Shown here one piece after another: positions 24,914-31,351 of a stretch of DNA of 40,417 bases (position 1 is its first letter; each line of letters starts with the position of its first letter). The DNA lies in contig CAYYJK010000003.1 of the NCBI GenBank assembly GCA_964472185.1, forward strand, positions 1-40,417, given 5' to 3'. This stretch comes from an uncultured Brevifollis sp. GTDB lineage: Bacteria > Verrucomicrobiota > Verrucomicrobiia > Verrucomicrobiales > Verrucomicrobiaceae. The position numbers and the translations under genes are program-made. Under the pieces are notes generated by a model, which was not told the DNA's origin, searched no databases, and worked only from the letters and a program-made list of their open reading frames with translations.

Positions 24914-27153
24914 GCCGCTTCCTCGGCAAACAACGGCAGGCGGACGGTGAAGATGGTGCCTGAACCCGGGTCGGACGCCAGCTCGATCCGGCCGCCGTGG
25001 AGCTCGACACAGCGCTTCACGATCAGCAGTCCAAGGCCGGTTCCAGGCGTCTCGCCGACGTTGCTGCAGCGGTAGAACGCGTCGAACAGGTGCTCCACTT
25101 CCGCCGCCGGAATGCCGATGCCCCGGTCCGCCACCTCGAAGACCGCCTCCCGGCCATCGCGGCGGCCGGAAAAGCGCACCTCCGCCCCTTCGGACGAGTA
25201 CTTGACCGCGTTGCTGAGCAGGTTGCCCAGGATGTGCCGCAGCAGCGCCTCGTCAGCCCGGGCTCCCGCCAGGCCGCCTTCGCTCTGCCAGACGATGCCG
25301 CAGCGACGGTGGGTCGCCGACTGGATCTCGTCGATCAGCCGGCCGGCGAACGCGTCGAGCTCGACCGGCACCGCGCGGCAGCCGGTCCGGCCCGCTTCCA
25401 CGCGCCCCAGCACCAGCACCTGTTCCATGAGCCCGGCCATCAGGCGGGTGGACCGGTAGATGTCCTCGAGCAGCTCCCGCTTCTGCGCCTCCGGCAGGCG
25501 CTCGTCGTAGTGGCGCATCAGTTCGACGGCCGACATGATGATGCCGAGCGGCGTGCGGAACTCGTGGCTCACCAGGGTCACGAAGCGGCTCTTCAGTTCG
25601 CCCAGTTCGCGCTCCTGCTCGAGCGCCCGGTGCAGGTCGGCATGCGCCTTCTCCAGCTCGGCGGTGCGCTCCTCGACCCGCTTCTCCAGCCCCGCATTGA
25701 GTTCGCGGATGACCGTCTGGACGCGCGCCAACTCCGCCTCGCGTTCGCGGGCTTGGCGCAGCTTGCGCAGCAGGATGACCACGACCAGGCCCGCCGCCGC
25801 CAGCAGGCCAATCCCGCCGCCGGCGAGGCGCAGGCGCTCCCGCCGGCGGGCTTCCGGCGTGGGACCAAGCGAGCGGGCCGCTTCGGCGTTGGGCAGCTGC
25901 AGCCAGCGGCCGCCCTCGACCCCCTCGGGCACCACCAGGCCCGTGACCTCGATGCGCTCGTCGGGACGCAGGTGCGCCAGCCGGTCGCCCTGCGCGGAAT
26001 CCAAGCGCACCGCCAAGCGCCGCCCCCCCTGCTCCAGGGTCAGCAGTTCGCGGGCGCCCCGGTCGAGAAGGACGCGGTCGCGCTGGACCAGCCGGCCCTC
26101 GGTGTGCACCCAGTCCGCGTCACCCGCGCCGGACACGATCTGGGCCAGCGGCAGGGCGTGCGCCTCCGGCACCCGCCCGTCCGCTTCCAGCCGGCGCCCC
26201 TGCACGAAGCGCAGCCAGCGCACCGGCTCCGTCTGCAGCAGCGAACCGACCAGCTCAACGGTGTCGCCCGGCTGCAGCCGCGGGATGCCGATGTAGGCCT
26301 GGTACTGGCCGTTGACGTCCTCGTGCTCGTAGGGCTGCAGCCAGTCGGCCATGAACGCGAGCTCGCCGGCGCGCAGCAGCAGCCGGCCGCCCGCCTCGCC
26401 GAGCACGCGGGCGCGCACCCGGATCCGCGCGGGATCGGGCTTTTGCCGGGCCCAGGCGGCCGCCTCCAGCAGCGGTGCCGCAAAAGGATCGCTGCGGCCA
26501 CCCTGCAGGAATTCGACCTGCCCGAACGAGGTCACGCGCAGCGCCCAGGGGCCGCTGCCGATGTTGGCGCCGCGCACGCGCACCCGCGCGCCCCACCAGT
26601 CGGCCGGGATCGGGCGGCCGTTCCAGCCGCCGACGCGGGCCACGCACCAGCCGTCCGTGCCGGCGAGATGCAGCCAGAGAAAGCCAGCGCTCCAGGAGGC
26701 CTGCAAGATCACGCCTTCCAGCTCCACCCACAGCCGGTCATGGCGGCCGGTGAGCACCTCGTGCACCGTGGCCGGCACCGGTTCAGGCAGCCGCCCCGGC
26801 CCGAGCGTGCGCAGCGCCGCCTGCGCGCAGGTCACGCCGAGCGGTGTCACCACCAGCCGTCCGGTGACTTCGACCTCGGCGGCCATAGCCGGCAGTTCGC
26901 GGCCGCCCACCGCCAGACTGCACTGGACGCCGCCGCTGGCGTCCTGGATGGAAAAGTTCCCGCGCTCGGGCTCGACGTGGGTGACCACGCCGCGCAGCGT
27001 CACGAGGGCGTTGGCCAGCGCGGGATCAAGCGCCCGTTCGGCCACCTCCGCCAGCCGGGCCAGCGCACGCGGCGCCGCTTCCTGGGCCGGCAGCGCCGGG
27101 AGCGGCAGAAGGGCGGCGAGCAGCAGGCGAATGGCAGCTGAGCGGACGGGCAT
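24886..27153 (-). CDS. membrane sensor histidine kinase with a large repeated (OB-fold-like) extracytoplasmic domain
   Basis: Signal peptide, about 430-aa ectodomain, one TM helix, coiled coil (ELNAGLEKRVEERTAEL), H-box VSHEFRTPL, NLLSNAVKYS, DRGIG, GTGLGL. Confidence 0.92.
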   Translation of the reverse strand: MPVRSAAIRLLLAALLPLPALPAQEAAPRALARLAEVAERALDPALANALVTLRGVVTHVEPERGNFSIQDASGGVQCSLAVGGRELPAMAAEVEVTGRLVVTPLGVTCAQAALRTLGPGRLPEPVPATVHEVLTGRHDRLWVELEGVILQASWSAGFLWLHLAGTDGWCVARVGGWNGRPIPADWWGARVRVRGANIGSGPWALRVTSFGQVEFLQGGRSDPFAAPLLEAAAWARQKPDPARIRVRARVLGEAGGRLLLRAGELAFMADWLQPYEHEDVNGQYQAYIGIPRLQPGDTVELVGSLLQTEPVRWLRFVQGRRLEADGRVPEAHALPLAQIVSGAGDADWVHTEGRLVQRDRVLLDRGARELLTLEQGGRRLAVRLDSAQGDRLAHLRPDERIEVTGLVVPEGVEGGRWLQLPNAEAARSLGPTPEARRRERLRLAGGGIGLLAAAGLVVVILLRKLRQAREREAELARVQTVIRELNAGLEKRVEERTAELEKAHADLHRALEQERELGELKSRFVTLVSHEFRTPLGIIMSAVELMRHYDERLPEAQKRELLEDIYRSTRLMAGLMEQVLVLGRVEAGRTGCRAVPVELDAFAGRLIDEIQSATHRRCGIVWQSEGGLAGARADEALLRHILGNLLSNAVKYSSEGAEVRFSGRRDGREAVFEVADRGIGIPAAEVEHLFDAFYRCSNVGETPGTGLGLLIVKRCVELHGGRIELASDPGSGTIFTVRLPLFAEEAAQARAGSAE

Positions 27154-27209
27154 GGGCCACGTCTACCAAACTCCCCCGGTCTTGGCGAAGGCAAAGCGAG
27201 AGCTCGGCC

Positions 27210-27228
27210 TCCGACAAAGGTCGGATGG
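27210..27228. promoter_or_regulatory. palindromic operator, copy 2 (TCCGAC-AAAG-GTCGGA-TGG)
   Basis: Same 6-4-6 core as copy 1, 57 nt upstream of the kinase start. Confidence 0.55.
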
Positions 27229-27251
27229 ACGACCGCGCCGCGGCGGCGCAA

Positions 27252-27656
27252 TCACTGCGTGACGATGTCGTAGACCAGCAGCTTTTTCGCCAGCGGCTGC
27301 AGCGTCGTTTTCACCGCGGCGACGTGGGCGGGATGCTTTTCGTAGCGGGCCAGCGCCGCGGCATCGGCGAAGCGCATGACGAAGCCGACGTCGAAGCTGT
27401 CGTCCACCACCGGCCGCTCGCTGGCCAGGGGCTGTCCCGCGCTCAGATGCTGGATCTCGGCGATCTCGGCCTGAAACGTCTTGGCGGCGGCGATCACCTG
27501 CGCCCGTTCGGCGGCGTTGCCCGGGTGCTTGAGCCAGACCAGCACGACGTGTTCGACCTTGCCGGAGGCGGTGGTGCGGTGACCGAACGGGCAGCTGCTG
27601 CAGGCGGAGAGAAGCGCCGCGGCGGCCAGGGCAAAAAGGAGTCTCGCGTTTTTCAT
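27252..27656 (-). CDS. Dabb family (stress-responsive A/B barrel) lipoprotein
   Basis: Lipobox LSAC; motifs VEHVVLVWLK, VVDDSFDVG, YEKHPAH, VYD. Confidence 0.88.
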   Translation of the reverse strand: MKNARLLFALAAAALLSACSSCPFGHRTTASGKVEHVVLVWLKHPGNAAERAQVIAAAKTFQAEIAEIQHLSAGQPLASERPVVDDSFDVGFVMRFADAAALARYEKHPAHVAAVKTTLQPLAKKLLVYDIVTQ

Positions 27657-27679
27657 GACGGCCGGTAGTCTGCCGCGCC

Positions 27680-29167
27680 ATGAAGCATGCGTCGAGACTA
27701 TCTTTGATCGCCGGCCTCCTGCTCGGAGCCGGCCTGCCCGCCCAGGAAGCCTTTGACCGCCTGACCACGCATGCCGCGCCGCAGCCGCTGGCAGCCGGCG
27801 CCGTGACGGCGGACTGGCCGCGCCTGCTCGGCCCGCAGGACGACTGCAGCACGCCGGAACGCCCGCTGCTGAACCCCCTGCCGGTCGACGGACCCAAGCT
27901 GCTCTGGGAAGTGGCCGTCGGCGAGGGCTACACCAGCCCCGCCATCCAGGGCGACCGCTGCGTGATCTTCCACGCCCTCGAGGGCCGGGAGGTCGTCGAA
28001 TGCCTGCACCGGGAGACCGGCAAACGCTTCTGGAGCTTCGACTACCCCATCCAGTACCAGGACCGCTACGGCTTCGGCAACGGCCCGCGCGGCAGCCCGG
28101 TCATCGGCGACGGGGTCGTCGTCGTCCTCGGGGTCACCTCGCAGCTGCACGCGCTCGACCTGAAGACCGGCCGGCGGCTCTGGCAGCACGATCTGCGCAC
28201 CCAGTACCACGTGCCCCAGGACTTCTTCGGCCACGGCTCCAGCCCGCTCATTCTCGACGGCAGGGTCATCGTCCAGGTCGGCGGCAAGGCCGAAGCCTTC
28301 GACGGGTTCGAGGACAGGAACGAACGCGCCCGCAAGCTCGCCACCAAGGGGGTCAGTCTCGCCGCCTTCGACCTCAAGACCGGCGCGGTGCTCTGGAAGG
28401 TTGAGGACGACTGGGGGGCCAGCTACGCCTCGCCGGTCGCCGCAACGCTGCACGGCCAGGTCAAGCTGCTCGCCTTCACCGGCGGCGAGAGCGATCCGCC
28501 CACGGGCGGGCTGGTCTGCCTGGATCCCGCCACCGGCGCCGTGCACGACCGCTTCCCCTGGCGCGCCGACGACTACATCTCCGCGTCCGCCTCGACCCCG
28601 ACGCTGATTCCGGGCCGGAACCGCGCCTTCATCACGACCTGCTACCCGAAGAACAGGCCGCTGGGCGGCGTCATGGTCGAGTACGGCCCCGACTTCAAGG
28701 CCCGCGAGGTCTGGCAGTCGAAGAAGATCGGCGTGCACTGGATGACCCCCGTGCATCACCAGGGCCACCTGTACGCCATCGACGGCGAACGCGAGAACAA
28801 CTCCCGCCTTGTCTGCGTCAACGCCGACACCGGCGCGGAGGTTTGGGAGAAGAACGTCGAATGGGAGGACGCCGCCCTCGGCGCCGCCCAGGGCCGCAGC
28901 CGGCCGATGCGTCTGAGCATTCTGCGCGCCAGCCTGCTGCGCTGCGGGGACGCGTTCCTCTGCCTGGGGGAAGTCGGCAGCCTGCACTGGCTGAAACTGA
29001 CGCCCCAGGGCTGCGAGGAGACCTCGCGCGCGCAGCTCTTCTACGCCCTCAACACCTGGAGCCTGCCCGCCCTCAGCCACGGCCTGCTGTACATCCGCCA
29101 GCAGGAGACCAGCCTGGACCGGAAAACCGGCCCCCGGCTGCTCTGCTATGACCTGCGCGGGCGGTGA
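27680..29167 (+). CDS. PQQ-binding-like beta-propeller repeat protein (secreted)
   Basis: Signal peptide; motifs DWPRLLGP, GEGYTSP, GNGPRGSP, repeated LD..TG..LW blades. Confidence 0.85.
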   Translation: MKHASRLSLIAGLLLGAGLPAQEAFDRLTTHAAPQPLAAGAVTADWPRLLGPQDDCSTPERPLLNPLPVDGPKLLWEVAVGEGYTSPAIQGDRCVIFHALEGREVVECLHRETGKRFWSFDYPIQYQDRYGFGNGPRGSPVIGDGVVVVLGVTSQLHALDLKTGRRLWQHDLRTQYHVPQDFFGHGSSPLILDGRVIVQVGGKAEAFDGFEDRNERARKLATKGVSLAAFDLKTGAVLWKVEDDWGASYASPVAATLHGQVKLLAFTGGESDPPTGGLVCLDPATGAVHDRFPWRADDYISASASTPTLIPGRNRAFITTCYPKNRPLGGVMVEYGPDFKAREVWQSKKIGVHWMTPVHHQGHLYAIDGERENNSRLVCVNADTGAEVWEKNVEWEDAALGAAQGRSRPMRLSILRASLLRCGDAFLCLGEVGSLHWLKLTPQGCEETSRAQLFYALNTWSLPALSHGLLYIRQQETSLDRKTGPRLLCYDLRGR

Positions 29168-29232
29168 TCGCCGGCCGGCGGACTTTGTGTGAGTCCGCCG
29201 GCGGCCACCGTAAGAGTGCTGTCCTCCGCTGC

Positions 29233-29970
29233 ATGCCTGTCCCGCCCGCTTCCAACAGCCACCTGCCGTCCACCCAGTGGACCCTCATTTCGCGTCTGCG
29301 CCACGGCAGCGAGCAGGAGGCGCGGCGGGCCTTGGACGATCTCTGCGGGCAGTACCGCTACCCCCTGTACTGCTACCTCCGGCGCCGGGGCTACGATCAC
29401 CACGATGCGGAGGACATCCTGCATGACTTTCTCGCCAAGCTGCTGCGCAACGACGTGTTTGCCAGCGCCGACGCCACCCGCGGCCGGCTGCGCTGCATGC
29501 TGCTGGTGAGCCTGCAGCGCTTCACGCTGAACTGGCAGCGCCAGCAGCGGCACCGCAAGCTGGAGATCTGCCTGGAGCCGGGCGAACCGGGCCAGGCCGC
29601 CGAAGAACGCTACCAGAGCGAGCAGTTCTCCGAACTCGACACGCCGGACGAGGTGTTCAGCCGCAAGTGGACTCTGGAACTGCTCGCCGGCGCCCTGCGC
29701 CGGATCGGCGAGGACTACACGCGGCGCGGCAAGGCGGACCTGTTCCGGGTGCTGCGCCCGGTCCTCGTCAACGGCGGCAGCCTGAGAGGCGAAAACAGCG
29801 AGCAGATGGCCGCGCAGGCCGGGCTCAGTCCCGGCGCGTTCCGGGTCGCGCTCATGCGCATGCTGGGCGACTACCGGGACGCCCTCAAGGAGGAGATCCT
29901 GCAAACCATCGAGGATCCCCAGGCGGCCCAGGAGGAGTTCCAGCAGCTGCGCCAGAGTGTCAGCCGCTGA
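29233..29970 (+). CDS. ECF-type RNA polymerase sigma factor
   Basis: LPSTQWTLI N-terminus; region 2 ALDDLCGQYRYPLYCYLRRRGYDHHDAEDILHDF and RGRLR; region 4 MAAQAGLSPGAFRVALMRM. Confidence 0.8.
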   Translation: MPVPPASNSHLPSTQWTLISRLRHGSEQEARRALDDLCGQYRYPLYCYLRRRGYDHHDAEDILHDFLAKLLRNDVFASADATRGRLRCMLLVSLQRFTLNWQRQQRHRKLEICLEPGEPGQAAEERYQSEQFSELDTPDEVFSRKWTLELLAGALRRIGEDYTRRGKADLFRVLRPVLVNGGSLRGENSEQMAAQAGLSPGAFRVALMRMLGDYRDALKEEILQTIEDPQAAQEEFQQLRQSVSR

Positions 29971-29985
29971 TCCGCCCGGAAACGC

Positions 29986-30013
29986 GCAATCTCCGCCCGG
30001 TCCCGCACGTATC
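29986..30013 (+). promoter_or_regulatory. candidate ECF-type promoter for msrB
   Basis: GCAATC-N16-CGTATC, ending 14 nt before the msrB ATG; resembles the AAC...CGT ECF promoter layout. Confidence 0.35.
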
Positions 30014-30027
30014 CCATCCAGCTGTCC

Positions 30028-30630
30028 ATGAACACCCGCCTGCCCTTCTGGCTCTGCCTCCTTGCCCTCCACCTCCCGGCCCGCGCGGAGGAGAAACCCG
30101 CATCCGCCACTCCTGCCATGCCCAAACCCGAAGTCACCCTCAGCGAAACCGAGTGGAAAAAGCGGCTGACCGCCGAGCAGTACGCCGTCACCCGGCTGGC
30201 CGGCACCGAACGCCCGTTCGGCACCATCTACGAAGAGTTCGAAAAGCAGGGCGAAGGCACCTACTACTGCGTGTGCTGCGGCGCCGAACTGTTCACCTCC
30301 AAGGAGAAGTTCCATTCCGGCTGCGGCTGGCCGTCCTTCTACGACGCCTCGACCGCCAAAAACGTGGTGGAACGCGCCGACCACTCGCACGGCATGACCC
30401 GCGTCGAAACCCTCTGCAAGCGCTGCGGCGCCCACCTCGGTCACGTCTTTGAAGGCGAATCGGTCTCAGCGCAGACGCCGACCAAGCGGCGCTTCTGCAT
30501 CAACGGCGTGGCTCTGCACTACGTGCCCAAGGGCGGCCCGGCGCCGAAGCTCCTGGAGCTGGGCTCCAAGGCCGTCGAGGACAAAAAGGAAGCCGTCGCC
30601 AAGGAGGCGGGCGCCGCCGGCAAGCCCTGA
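30028..30630 (+). CDS. msrB: peptide-methionine (R)-S-oxide reductase with N-terminal signal peptide
   Basis: Motifs LTAEQYAVTR, GTERPF, CVCC, SGCGWPSF, RVETLCKRCGAHLGHVF, RFCING. Confidence 0.96.
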   Translation: MNTRLPFWLCLLALHLPARAEEKPASATPAMPKPEVTLSETEWKKRLTAEQYAVTRLAGTERPFGTIYEEFEKQGEGTYYCVCCGAELFTSKEKFHSGCGWPSFYDASTAKNVVERADHSHGMTRVETLCKRCGAHLGHVFEGESVSAQTPTKRRFCINGVALHYVPKGGPAPKLLELGSKAVEDKKEAVAKEAGAAGKP

Positions 30631-30645
30631 CGGCGCGGGCGAAGC

Positions 30646-30675
30646 TTGCCAACCCGGGCCGGTGTCGGCTAGCAT
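30646..30675 (+). promoter_or_regulatory. candidate leaderless sigma70 promoter for the TPR gene
   Basis: TTGCCA-N18-TAGCAT-N6-ATG(30682). Confidence 0.45.
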
Positions 30676-30681
30676 GCCGGC

Positions 30682-31311
30682 ATGAACCGCACGCTGATCC
30701 TTCGCCTCGGTTTGACCGGCCTGGGCCTGCTGCTCGCCGGCTGGGGCTGGCGCGCGGTGCGCGACGATGTCGGGATGATGTTCGTCTACTTCATCGCCCT
30801 CGGTTCCGTCGCCGGCTTTTTGGCGGTGAAGTTCTTTGTGCCCTGGCTCGGCGACGCGGTCGGCACGGTGATGTACTCGTCGGGGGAAAAGGTGCAGCCG
30901 GATGCCGCCATGCGGGCCGCGGCCAGGGCGGCCCAGGGGGATTACGAAGGCGCCATTGCGCAGCATGAGCAGGCGCTGCAGGAAGACCCGGCGCAGACCT
31001 TCGCCATCGCCGAGATTGCCAGGCTCTGCGCCGAAAAGCTGCACGATCCGCAGCGCGGCCTGGAGGTCCTGCGCCGGCACCTCGAAGCGCGCGACTGGTC
31101 GGAGGACGACGCCGCGTTCCTGCATTTCCGCCAGGCGGACCTCCAGTTCGGCCAGCTTCACGACTTCGCCGCGGCGCGCGCGACTCTGGAGCAGGTGATC
31201 CGCCTGTTCCCCAACACCCGGCACAGCGCCAACGCCCATCACCGGCTGCACGAACTGGAGCAGGCCGAATACCGGGCTCTGCACGGCCATTCCCACCCGC
31301 CGGCCGACTGA
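30682..31311 (+). CDS. membrane-anchored tetratricopeptide-repeat protein
   Basis: Two N-terminal hydrophobic helices; TPR-like segments GDYEGAIAQHEQALQEDP and AARATLEQVIRLFPNT. Confidence 0.7.
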   Translation: MNRTLILRLGLTGLGLLLAGWGWRAVRDDVGMMFVYFIALGSVAGFLAVKFFVPWLGDAVGTVMYSSGEKVQPDAAMRAAARAAQGDYEGAIAQHEQALQEDPAQTFAIAEIARLCAEKLHDPQRGLEVLRRHLEARDWSEDDAAFLHFRQADLQFGQLHDFAAARATLEQVIRLFPNTRHSANAHHRLHELEQAEYRALHGHSHPPAD

Positions 31312-31351
31312 ACCGCGGCCCATTTCGGCTGGACGCGGCCAGCGCACTGCC

